Below, one piece after another: positions 23,826 to 34,822 of a stretch of DNA of 64,000 bases (position 1 is its first letter; the number at the start of each line of letters is the position of its first letter). A program made the translations under genes and the position numbers. Below the pieces are notes generated by a model. The model worked only from the letters and a program-made list of their open reading frames with translations. It ran no database searches and had not been told where the DNA came from. Location of the stretch: contig OZ361256.1 in the NCBI GenBank assembly GCA_977018835.1, positions 1,860,001-1,924,000 on the forward strand, in the 5' to 3' direction. The stretch comes from Minutocellus sp. GHC0000111 (taxonomy: Eukaryota).

Positions 23826-26800
23826 TCACCTACTAGTGCTGTTAGCTACACTCGCGCTGAATGACTGCATCGATGATGAAACGGCTGAGAATCGAAATCC
23901 AATTTTACGATGAGCGCTGCTTTCCTTCTCTCTTGCCAGATAGCTCAGATCATCGAATCGCTGCCTACCTTGCATGTTCGATCCCTTCTTGTGATATGAT
24001 TTATTCCTGGACTGAGATTCGATTAGATCACTTCGGCGCCGGCTCAATTCATTGGCCTTCGCGAGTGCTCCCCACTCCGAATACAGGCGATGAGCCCGAG
24101 TAATGTAAATCTCGGGCCAATAGTAATCGGTTGGATCGTCCAGATCCCCTTCTTTCCTTAGCCGAAGAAGGTATTCTCCAGCCCTTTCATTCGCTAGAGC
24201 TGCATCCTGTCCGAACCCAGATCTCTGGCTGCTGGATATTGCCGCATCATAGATTCGACGAATATCATTGATGGAGCTGTCGCAATCTGTTTTCACTTCA
24301 TCGACCGCGCCCTTGGTAGAAGCCAGCTCTGCCTTCAGGATCAGGTACTTATGGAGGCAATTTATACCGCCAGCTGTCGTCCACTTCTTCAGCTTGGCGG
24401 CCATTTTCTGGGCGAGTTGTTTGTACTTCCGTTTCCGGTGTTTTCGATAAAGATCCACCCCGATGAGGCCGAAGAAGAATATCCGTGCGCACGCGAAATA
24501 ATGCCACTCATTCGAACCGCCCAGCTTTAGTAATTTGTCGCATAAGTCTTTCGCCAGGGTGAGCTCCCCAAAATATACTGCTAATTGCATTTGATAAGAC
24601 CACGCACTTTGCTCGCCAATATTCTTGTCATTGTCAAACAATTTTCCTGCCTCGTACGCCTCCCCCTCCATCAGCAAGGGATTATTAGAGCTACCCATTA
24701 AGTTCAAAACGCACTGCCACAAAGGGAGCGTCAGGAAGAAGACGGCCTTTTGTTTGTGTTCCGCCATCTTGGAGGCAAAAGCTTGAATATCTTCCACCAG
24801 AGGTCCCAATGGAAGCCCGGAATAGTAGTATAGTGTGACGTAGGCTAGCGCTGAATAAAATGCGTGCTCAATATCTCCACTTTCCAGGCCAATACGATGC
24901 CCAAGGAGAAGAGGGTCGAGGCTTCGTGATAGGGGCTCCCTCCAGTGGTTGATCTATCGCGTGAATTGGAAAAAAGGGGCGGGAAATCAAATGATAAATG
25001 AGAAACGATGATGAACTTGCGATGCGCATGGGTTTATTACAAATTTTCTGGGAAAATAATGCAGTTGGACAAGCAACTGAACATACCATTGTGAAAACAT
25101 TAAAGTAGAGCTGGGACGCAGACTCTTTTGCTTGCAAGCGTTTAGAAAGCAAAGTTGCAATCTTCCCATAGCGGTGCCCCTCGATTAGATCCCCAACGGG
25201 ATAGATTAGGATTTCGCCATACATGCAAAAGGCAAATGGCGTCATCGTACATAGGCCATGTTCCAACGTAAGCCCTATCATCTTGCAAGAGATGAGAGAT
25301 ATGTGATGCTTCTTCCCCACTAATCAAGATTTGATAGAAGCAAATGGAACGAGAAACAAAGAAAGAAGAGTGAGCAAATAGCTTAAGCAAATGTTGATGC
25401 GTGCAGAGCAATCTTCGAAAGAAATTACCGCGTAGTGTTACTCACAGTGCCAAGCAGCGTTCAGGAGTCTGCTCAAAAGCTTCATGGCTGCAATTATGAG
25501 AGTGTCGGTCATGGTCGGCAGGTAAAGGAAGTCTTCCTCCGATGAATATCGGTCAAGAGCCTTTTTTGTCTTTTCAAGTTCTCGTTTTACTTGGCGTCGG
25601 AGCTTCCAACCAGCTGATTGCATAAGATGCACACCAAGTTGTTCGAGCAATGAGCAGCAAAGCTTCCAAGTTTCTTCGTTATCGCCCTGAGAACTGTGAG
25701 CATTGACCAAAGTGAAAAAAGGCCCAAGCTTATCTTCAAATGACTGGGCATTCGCTGTAATAATATTGCACCTTTCGATGCATTCGGATATATTCCCACG
25801 GCATAAATCCATCTCAGCAATAAGTTGCTCATAGTCCAATCGCAACTCGTAGCCTTCGCTATCAGTGCTGCTCCAGGAACTTTTCTCGCCGAGCAATTCA
25901 ATGCCAGATGATAGTAGCCCAGAGGCTGTAGAAAATGCCGATTCGTCTATTGTGGCCAATGCTGTGTCCAAGTAAAGCCCGGCCAGGTCAAATCGTTCCT
26001 TCTCGTCAGTCAAAAGTGGAGCACAGCGACCGAATTGTTCCACTGCAGCAAACATTGCCCATTCCTCTTCATTTGCGTCGTCCGTCTTAGAGTAGATATT
26101 CCATAAAAATTCTCCCGAGAAGGAGGTGCATCCTACCCCGCTCCATCGAGCAAACGGGCAAAAGTGAGTACGCAGCAACTTGAATGCGGTCATGAGGCCA
26201 CCTATATCGCTCGCTATTGTCAAAGGCATATCCAACCACTTCAAGCAAGCCATCATCGACTGCATCGTCGAGCATCTTTGTTGTCATTTTCTCGATTTCT
26301 GACAGAGATTCATGTGGAATGAACGAAAAGATATCATCTTCGTCCCCATTGCCGCTATCACTGGCCTCTCGGGCCTTGAAGAGTATGCTGACAAGGTCAT
26401 CTCGACTGAAATTCGATGAGAGACAAGAAGCGATCATAAGGAGAGATTGATTTGATGCAGGAAGCCTCTTGATTCTACTCGCGGTCATACCGACGACATT
26501 GCTTGATATGTCGATTCCATCCTTGACTCGTTGCAAGTCGCCAACAACCCAACAAAATTCGCTCGGGGAGTATTTAATCATTCGCTTCGTTTCCATTTCT
26601 CGTATCAATGACAGGAGGTAAAATACGTTGCCTAGGGTCTTTCTATGGAGAACTTCTGCCAAGGGCTGTATCGTTTCGGTATCTTGGGCCAACAAGTCAG
26701 AAAGGATATCGGCACAACCATCAACGTTCAGACCTGTCACTTCTACTCGAGAAATGGCACCTCTCTCTTCTTCGATATAGCGTACCATCTCGTGCCAGGC

Positions 26801-28877
26801 ATCTTGACGTTCTTTTTCGGCAAAATCACCATCATCATCTTCTTCTTCTCTGTAAGCTAGCACAATCATAAGACCAGATATAGCAGCATCGGTCGCAAAA
26901 GCTTTGATCAATTCCATTGACGAAGAGTCTGCCCACTGCACGTCATCAAAGTGCAAAACAACTGGTGCAAATCGGATATTTTCATTTGTTTTTGACCCAT
27001 CCTCCACATCAGTTTCACCGCACAGCGCACCGAGGAACGATCGAATGACAAAGGCAAAGCGCCGCTGAGCCATATTCCAGTCTGTGGACCCAGCATCGGT
27101 ACCGGAGCTGATGCCCCCAGCTGTGCCCTTCCTAGTACGAAATCCACCTCCGATGGAAGAAAGCCTACGGCTCGAGGATGCCTGAGCAATATCCACGTCG
27201 CCGGGCTCCCCAAAAACACTCCAAATAATTGGTCCTATGATCTTCGAGAGTAGAGCAAGACCCTCGACGCCACCAACAGCCTCACGGACTCTACTGACAA
27301 TCTTGGCACGATACTCGACGTCAAAACGGCCTTCCTCCTCGGAGATTACATGAGCATGGCCGTTTTGATCGCTCTCATCCACAATGGCATCCTCGGGCGG
27401 CTGTAGCTGCCTGCAGAGCTCGGAAAACGCCGATGCAATCGCCGCATAGGGGCGCACATGGTCTGAAGAGCGCTGACGTGTATGTGTTGCCTCGGATTCA
27501 TGATTTAGGCGTGCAAATGACGGTCGCTTGGAGTAGCTGAGACGCCTACCACGGCGTCCATCGACGTTTCCATTTCCTGGTGGCCCTTGCCGCGCCCCAT
27601 CGTAAGCATCGTTGCTCTTCGATGTGACCGTGAAAGGTTGGTTGAATTTTCCAGAGCCAAATAGAACCTTTTTGCGTCTGTTCAAATAATGATTCGGCTG
27701 CTGTGTTTGACCTTGCTCGTCTTCTTCTTTCCGCGTCATCTTCTGGTAATGCAGCTGCGTCAAAATCGATGGGATTACACGCCGACGGAACTCATGAAAG
27801 AGGGCAGTCTTCCCAGTACCTGATTTTCCGCTCAATATTACCACCTCGGACTCGAATGACAATGTTGCGGCGCCTATGCTCGACACGAGCCCGCGACAGC
27901 TGTGGCTGCTGGGAGGGTAGTGACGTCCGCCTGTTGCTATCACTACCATTTCTTTTTGATGAATCAGCTGCTGTACTACTACCGCCATTGTCTTCGTGAG
28001 AGCATGCTCCATTACCATTGTTGGGAGACGGCTTGGCGATGGCATCGTTCCGAGCGGCAGTCGTGGTAGTAGTATCCTCGGTACCGCCGCCGTAGCAAAA
28101 GAGAGCAACCCTCCGGAAGCACTTCTCCAGCACGGCCATTTCCTCTTGCCGACCTCGAAGGGGCACATCATTCAGCGCAAGTCGCTTCTCCTCGCCAAAC
28201 ACGCTGACGACCGACGGCAGGCCGATGCTCATGCTGAGGGTGCTGGCCGAGCTCATGACGGTGCCTGTCCAACCACCGGCCGCGCTGGTGTTCATGCTCC
28301 CCCCTCCGGCACCGGCGCTGCCTCGACCGCCGCCAATGGCCACCGCCGATAGGCCGGTGAGGACACCAATGGAGGCATCCATACCCGATGCATTGTCGGC
28401 ACCGACGGCAAAGCCACCGCCGCTGCTGTGACTGCCTTCGCTCGCACGGGAAAGCGCCAATGAATGCGACGATCGTCGGCGATTGGCACCAGCCGATGAC
28501 CGCCGCCGGCGAAGGTGCAATAGTCCCGAACCCGACGTATGCGACCGTCGCTTCTTGGGAATGGGTGCGTTGTCATCATTCGCTGTACTGCCGCAAGAAT
28601 CCTCGACTTGCACAATCGAGCTCTCGGTGCCGGTGGTACTTCTGGTACGTGTTCGCTGGATGACGTCAATGTGGAACGATGCTCGGCGCGTCCCATCGTT
28701 GGACCGGCGCCGACGCCCGCCGTGCCCCGATGACTCGGATGCTCGACGATTGATGAGGATGGACGATGGACCGGGGGCAGGTATTGCCGCATTAGCATTC
28801 ATGTCCGATGAGGGCACTGCTGCCTGTGCCTCCTTCTTCTCCTCCTCCTCCTCGGCTCCTGCGCTACTGCTGTTCAT
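23826..28877 (-). CDS. AAA_16/STAND-like ATPase, copy 2 (same introns and frameshifts)
   Basis: ORF fragments identical to copy 1 at +8861. Confidence 0.8.
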
Positions 28878-29461
28878 AATGCTCAAAACAACATGAGCTT
28901 CCAATAGGAATTCCTACCTGAAGAGCAAGTAAGCCAAGATGGGGGCGACCTCTTTCGGCAAGACGTGGTTGTCTCTGGTTCTCCAAGTCATTCGTCGGTC
29001 GGGTTGATCTGATCTCTAGTGATGTGTGGCTTGCCATCGCGTGGTGGGTATCTGGTGGGGAAAAGGGGGACCCAAGCACGTGAGGCCGGGCCTGAGAGGC
29101 GAAAAACGCGTAAGCATCGCCATCTGGCCATAATAGCAACTTCCGCAGGAGAAGAAACACCTCCATTTTCAATAAGTAAACTCAGCGGCACCCGCCGCGG
29201 GGATCTCATTTTTACTATGAGAAAGATTAGAAAAAGAAAGTCAGTCGAAGCCTCCCCATAAGTAAAAGGGATGCCGCATCTGTAAAAAAGAAAGCGAGTG
29301 ATCCAGGTCGAGCGAGTCAAGTATCTTCCCCAACTTGAACGTCCATCCTCCGGGTCTTTTGATGTCAACCAAAAAGACATCGGCGGCAGATCTTCGTGCG
29401 CACTTTGGGAAGAATACTCATAAAGAAGAACCCGCCAATCGAAAATAGCCAAACCAACAAG

Positions 29462-29821
29462 ATGAAGACTACCTGCACAGCCCTGTCCCTCCTCCTTCTT
29501 CTCCCCTCCGCCGCCGTCGCCACCAACCCCTTTGTGACGCTGGGCCTCAATGAAGATTTTGCTCGTCTGGACAGGCACGCCCACGACGCGAAGATGAGAC
29601 GGATTGCCGCCCACCGGAACGCCAACGCCAACACAAACCCCATTCTTCCGGCAGAAGCCGATTCTGCATCTGCCGGCGTCCAGATGGCTCAAAACAGTGC
29701 CGCCGGTGGTCGCCCTCCCATTGTCAATGCCATCGCCAACGCCGTCGAGGATTGCGATCCTGACATGCTCTTCCAAAGAGAAAAATCTCGTCATCATCAA
29801 GGCGATGCCAAGCTCGTTTGA
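29462..29821 (+). CDS. Small signal-peptide-bearing protein, copy 2
   Basis: Identical to 20601-20960. Confidence 0.45.
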   Translation: MKTTCTALSLLLLLPSAAVATNPFVTLGLNEDFARLDRHAHDAKMRRIAAHRNANANTNPILPAEADSASAGVQMAQNSAAGGRPPIVNAIANAVEDCDPDMLFQREKSRHHQGDAKLV

Positions 29822-30849
29822 ATGCATCGAACATGCTGCAACGAATACGCGTAAAGTGAAGGGAGAAGGAATGTGTCGACCCGTTTCCATCTTTCGAGGG
29901 CAGGGCCATCAAGGAATTAATGACGGGATTTTGTTTGTACTACTAGTCAGTATCTTTTTTGTAGAGTTGATAAGAACCTATTAGCCAGCGCAGAGATTTA
30001 TGTGCAAAGTTTACTTTTTTGAAATTACTAGCTAGAGGGGACATAGCTTACGTACTTATCCTATGCAGACTTTGCATAGAAACACCGACGAAACAAGCAT
30101 GCTGCCCTTGAAACTTTGTGGTTTATGGCTTTTTTCCGTATCGGATAAATGATTCATGTCTTTCCTTCCAAAAGCCAGTCAAGTGTACCGTGACTATTCG
30201 AACTGGCGAGAAATATACAATCTTGTATTGAAAGCAACTATAATCCAAATTTGTGTGCATTTGAGATCGCACATGAACTCAGTTGTGGGGATAACAAATT
30301 TTCTTCCCGACAGGAGGAGTCGAGTCAAATGAAATGTACGCTTTGCCATATTTTTTGAAGACGAGGAATGGGCCTAGTACATATTTGCACAATTTTAATC
30401 ATAATATAGTCATTAAGTCTGCTTCTTTAAATGACGCCTGTTCATCGATGCGAGATTTCTTTCCAGGATGGTTGCTGCTTGCTTGTCTTGAGCAACTGTG
30501 CGCATCATCACTCAAAAGCACAGAAGCACCTCTGCCAATTAGTCGCTCCAATCTACAGGGTTTCTCGTGATATTACCGGGAAGAGGATCAAGGGAATATT
30601 TTGACCGGTTAATCGATCTGGTACATCTGGCAGCGACGGCCGATCAAGACACTCCAATACCTACGGCACATTCCATTGCCTTCAATTTATCTCCCCGAAT
30701 ATATAGATTTCAAAGGCAAGCGATTGACCGATTCCCTCTTCCTCTCCTCTGGAATGCACTACGCTTCCGAACTGACCGTGCTCCTAATTACTAACGTAGC
30801 TCTCTAACTAAAGACCGGTAGCTCTACTAGCTACTAGAGCTGGTTGGTA

Positions 30850-31341
30850 TCACCGCTCCTTCATGGTATCGGCATCGTCCTTTTCCCTCCTTTGCTTCTC
30901 CTCCATCTCCGCCTGCTCTTTCTCCCCCGTTTGGTTCTGGAACCACTCATCCTGCGACCAAACGGCCTGGTTCGACCCCAACTTGACCTGTCCGGCGGCA
31001 CGGGCCAAATTCACCGTCAGCGTCCGTCCCATCAACTCACTCCCGTCCAAATTGTATATGGCCTCGGCGGCATCTTCGCTCTCTTCGAAGTCCACGAATG
31101 CAAAGCCCTTGTGCGTTCCCTTTCCGTAGTCCATCGGCACGTCAATCGATTTGATGGGGCCGAAGGGAACCAGCGCCGCGCGCAGCGTGATGGGAGTCAC
31201 GTCCTCGGCCAGTCCGCCGACGTAAAGCGAACGGTTCGATTGGAGAGACGTGGCGGCCGCCGCTGCTGTTGCTGCTGTGGTGGAGGTATTTGTTGTTGCT
31301 CCTGCCGATGAGGAACTCGGATCGGCAACGGCGGCGGACAT
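30850..31341 (-). CDS. PPIE-type RRM protein, copy 2
   Basis: Identical to 21989-22480. Confidence 0.85.
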   Translation of the reverse strand: MSAAVADPSSSSAGATTNTSTTAATAAAAATSLQSNRSLYVGGLAEDVTPITLRAALVPFGPIKSIDVPMDYGKGTHKGFAFVDFEESEDAAEAIYNLDGSELMGRTLTVNLARAAGQVKLGSNQAVWSQDEWFQNQTGEKEQAEMEEKQRREKDDADTMKER

Positions 31342-31838
31342 GATGAAGCAAATATCTTGTTGGGGTGTTGGGGTGTCGGGAATTCGTGATGCGGTACAAG
31401 GAAAGTCAGGTACGAGGCAGGAGCGTTCAGCATCAGGTCAAGAAGTCACCAAGCAGCAACGCAAGGTGGCGTGGGTCGCGGTCGGTCGGTGCTTGGAAGG
31501 TGACGGACAGACGATATCAGCACGTCGTCTTCTTCCCTATCTCGAACTGAGATCCTTCAAAACGATAGAAACAAACGAAAACTGAGATGAGGAGAAGAAC
31601 CAGGGTTAGTACGAGAGGTAACGTCGGTGGCAGGTCGGGGCTCATCCGATCCCGTTGGGGCCAGTTGGCGCGGCTGGCGCGGCATCCGGTGGATGTCGTT
31701 GCTCTTCGGTGGGCCCGCTATCCCTGACGTGGCACTATGGTGGGTCCATCTCATTCCGAAAGGTTGCAGGAGATCTAAGCGACGAGCATCTGCACGAAAT
31801 GCAAGAATATTAGTCAACAGGGATAAGGTGAAGTCAGG

Positions 31839-33095
31839 ATGAATAACAAAGGCAACAAAGAAGCGTCTTTGCGCGCTAATTTGGACAACGCCTTGGAACT
31901 CCTCTCGGACGACGTTGGCAGCGTTTGGGCGGTCGCCCAGCGGCATGCGAGCATACCGATCCTCGAGAGGCCGCCATCTCCTCTCACCTTTCTTCGAGAT
32001 TACGTCCATCCGTCCAGGCCATGCATCATTCGCAATTGTATACCGGCACAAGATCGAGAGGTTGTTGGCGACGAGAGGCCGCTTATTTTGACTCTCGATG
32101 ATTTGGTCGACATTTGTGATGAGAAGAAAAGTGCCGGCCCATGTACTTCTAGTGGCGACGAAGGCGATATTATGCTCACGTGCGATGTGACGCCCGATGG
32201 GCACGGAGACTGCGTCCGAAGTGTGGTTGGTTCGGATCTAAATCCATTGGGAGAACCGGTGGGAATGTTTGTCAAGCCAGAAGAGCGACGAATGGCACTG
32301 AAACATTTCCGCGACGAACTTCGGATGGGACGAGAGGAGTGGAAGCGAAACAATTGCAATTGCAACGAAGAGGTAAATGACCAACGTGGCCTGGCCACAT
32401 TCAGCACCAAGCCCAATACTGCGACGACTCGAAAGCGTCCGGTGATATATTACTCTCGGCAGAATGACTGTTTGCGAACGGAGCTGAAAAGTTTGCTTGA
32501 TGCGAACATATTTCCAAGTGGCTTTGAATTTGCAGAAAAGGCATTTGCAACGGGGCCTCCGGATGCCGTGAATTTATGGATTGGAGATCAGAGAGCTGTG
32601 TCGAGCATGCACAAAGATCATTACGAGAATTTGTTTTACTGTCTAAGTGGAGAGAAGGTTTTTACTCTGCGCCCTCCTGCCGACATACCCTTCGTGCACG
32701 AGGGAGAGTTTGTGAGTGGCACCTTCAAATTCGTTGAATCATCTGCGAACGACGAGCCCAGTGCTGGTCGTGGTGATGACAAACAGCGTTGCTGGATTGT
32801 AGAGCCAGATCGCTGTGAAGATGGCAATGAAATACAAAAGATTCGCTGGATAGAACCTGACATAACACAACAGGATGCAGCGGAGCACTTCCCTCGCTTG
32901 AAGCAGGCGCATCCAGTCGCGGTGAAACTCGGCGAAGGAGAGATGCTTTACCTACCGGCACTTTGGTACCATCGGGTGACGCAGAGTTGTGAAACGGTGG
33001 GAGTAAATTGGTGGTATGATATGCGCTTCGATTCTCCGTCGTGGTGCTATTTCAATTTCCTTCAGAATCTGAAAGTGCCAGTAGAGAGCATGTAA
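31839..33095 (+). CDS. JMJD7: JmjC-domain protein 7-like 2OG/Fe(II) oxygenase (Cupin_8)
   Basis: FLRDYVHPSRPCII, VTPDGHGD, YYSRQNDCL, PDAVNLWIGDQRAVSSMHKDHYENL (HxD), LYLPALWYHRVTQ, VNWWYDM. Confidence 0.9.
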   Translation: MNNKGNKEASLRANLDNALELLSDDVGSVWAVAQRHASIPILERPPSPLTFLRDYVHPSRPCIIRNCIPAQDREVVGDERPLILTLDDLVDICDEKKSAGPCTSSGDEGDIMLTCDVTPDGHGDCVRSVVGSDLNPLGEPVGMFVKPEERRMALKHFRDELRMGREEWKRNNCNCNEEVNDQRGLATFSTKPNTATTRKRPVIYYSRQNDCLRTELKSLLDANIFPSGFEFAEKAFATGPPDAVNLWIGDQRAVSSMHKDHYENLFYCLSGEKVFTLRPPADIPFVHEGEFVSGTFKFVESSANDEPSAGRGDDKQRCWIVEPDRCEDGNEIQKIRWIEPDITQQDAAEHFPRLKQAHPVAVKLGEGEMLYLPALWYHRVTQSCETVGVNWWYDMRFDSPSWCYFNFLQNLKVPVESM

Positions 33096-33325
33096 AATTG
33101 TAAAGAAGTGCATGTAGAACTCTGGTTGCTCCAAACATGGAGAATCTGTGTTTCTGAATGAATCGAAGCTGAATCCAGGGGGATGTCTCGAAACCCTGGC
33201 GCGGAGGGGTTCCGCCTGGACGGACCATGGACGGACCAAACCAAATCGTGCTAAATCGCGGCCGCAGAAAAAATCTGTCAGATCAAAATCAAATTTGGCA
33301 CCACTCATCAATCGACCAACCGCAT

Positions 33326-33479
33326 CACGAGCCATGGAAGAAGACGATCCCTTTAGCTGCTTCGGTGGAGGAGATGATGACGACAGTGTGAACGACGACG
33401 CCGCACGAGCCATGGAAGAAGACGATCCCTTTAGCTGCTTCGGCGGAGGAGATGATGACGACAGTGTGAACGACGACGC
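33326..33479 (+). repeat. 78-bp direct tandem duplication including the start codon
   Basis: CACGAGCCATGGAAGAAGACGATCCCTTTAGCTGC...AACGACGACGC occurs at 33326 and 33404, with one synonymous difference (GGT/GGC). Confidence 0.95.
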
Positions 33480-34731
33480 GCTGGTATCTGCTCCCAGCGC
33501 AAAAGCTACTCCAATCGCGACCAGCTCAAAGCCTCATCAACACCAATCTACTACTCGTGCCGTGAACCCAAAGCGAAGCGAGGATTGTGGTGTGCTTTCG
33601 TACCATCATGGGACTGAGGTAGCCATGTTGGCACATGTGCGAAACGCAGTTGCCGATCTTGTTTTGCCGCCGTCGGCAAAAGACGGCTCGCCGTCGGAAT
33701 GGGAAGGATCGGCGGCCGATCTCGCATCTGCGGCTGTTCTTGCCGCAGTCGATGAGTTCTGTCAGAGCCGTCACTGGATGATGCACGTCGGGCCAGAGAA
33801 GGGAAGGGTCATAACTCAAGTACTTCGTGATGCCATTAGAAAGCGAGACTCAGATTCAGGGAGGACCTTTGTGTGCATCGAGTTAGGGACATATTGCGGT
33901 TATTCGTCGGTATTACTTGGGAGAACCTTACGAGAAGAGGCCGCCGCTGTGGCTGTAGCTGGTGAGGGAGCTACAAATCTTCAGTGTCAGTTGTATACCG
34001 TCGAGGTCAACCCTGCTTACTTTAAGATATCTCGAGAACTGATCAGGCTTGCAAGGTTAGAGGACACAATCACCTTGGTTGAGATACCAGTTGAGATCAA
34101 TGTCATGGAGACCGAGGATGCTGCAGCTGGTATTGTGAGCAATAGGATTTGGGCCGACGAGGCAAAGTTACGACGTCAACAACATGAGCATGATGAGCAA
34201 AGAGACGGACTGGCGTCTAGTTTACCAAAGATTGATTTTCTCCTAATCGATCATGATAAGGATGCGTACCGTACAGATTTGATTCGGTTGGAGCGGGAGG
34301 GATTGGTAAGAGCGGGCTCGGTTGTTGTTGCGGACAATGTGTTATTTGCACAGATAGACGATTACCGCCAATATGTCCAGAGCTTAGAGAAGAAGGGCGT
34401 AGTGACTACAGAGCTCGTCATGACTCAAATTGAATATGCTGATGAAGAGATATTGGAGGATGATGGAAGCAAAGGCAATGATGGTAGTGGCAGCGATGCT
34501 GGCGGTACAGAAGATGATCTGTTTCGTGATGGCATTGAGATCACACACTATAAGCGCAATCCTCTGGCAGATAAGGAGGATTGGTTGGACCGGAGTGCGC
34601 CAAGATTTGCAGCGATGAAGCTTCGAGAAGAAAAGGCCAAGCAGCTGGCGGCGGTCCGAAGTAAAAAGAGTATGCCGTTAACTCGCAGTGCTCGCTGGGC
34701 TAGTGATGGTCGCACCGAGCAGCTCAAGTGA
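33334..34731 (+). CDS. Catechol O-methyltransferase-like SAM-dependent methyltransferase
   Basis: AVDEFC...WMMHVGPEKG, CIELGTYCGYSSV, YTVEVNP, DFLLIDHDKDAY, GSVVVADNV. Confidence 0.85.
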   Translation: MEEDDPFSCFGGGDDDDSVNDDAARAMEEDDPFSCFGGGDDDDSVNDDALVSAPSAKATPIATSSKPHQHQSTTRAVNPKRSEDCGVLSYHHGTEVAMLAHVRNAVADLVLPPSAKDGSPSEWEGSAADLASAAVLAAVDEFCQSRHWMMHVGPEKGRVITQVLRDAIRKRDSDSGRTFVCIELGTYCGYSSVLLGRTLREEAAAVAVAGEGATNLQCQLYTVEVNPAYFKISRELIRLARLEDTITLVEIPVEINVMETEDAAAGIVSNRIWADEAKLRRQQHEHDEQRDGLASSLPKIDFLLIDHDKDAYRTDLIRLEREGLVRAGSVVVADNVLFAQIDDYRQYVQSLEKKGVVTTELVMTQIEYADEEILEDDGSKGNDGSGSDAGGTEDDLFRDGIEITHYKRNPLADKEDWLDRSAPRFAAMKLREEKAKQLAAVRSKKSMPLTRSARWASDGRTEQLK

Positions 34732-34822
34732 GGTTGTGTTGAATGAATGCCTCGTCGTATTTGACTTAAGTTAATTTAGATTGATTATGATGAAATATGT
34801 TTACGACAAATTGATGCACCCT

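Larger units (their letters stand above)
22769..31629. repeat. Tandem segmental duplication, copy 2 (8,861 bp)
   Basis: Ends ...AACGTCGGTGG and then diverges at 31631 into the JMJD7 upstream region; 1-bp (G) junction microhomology. Confidence 0.97.
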
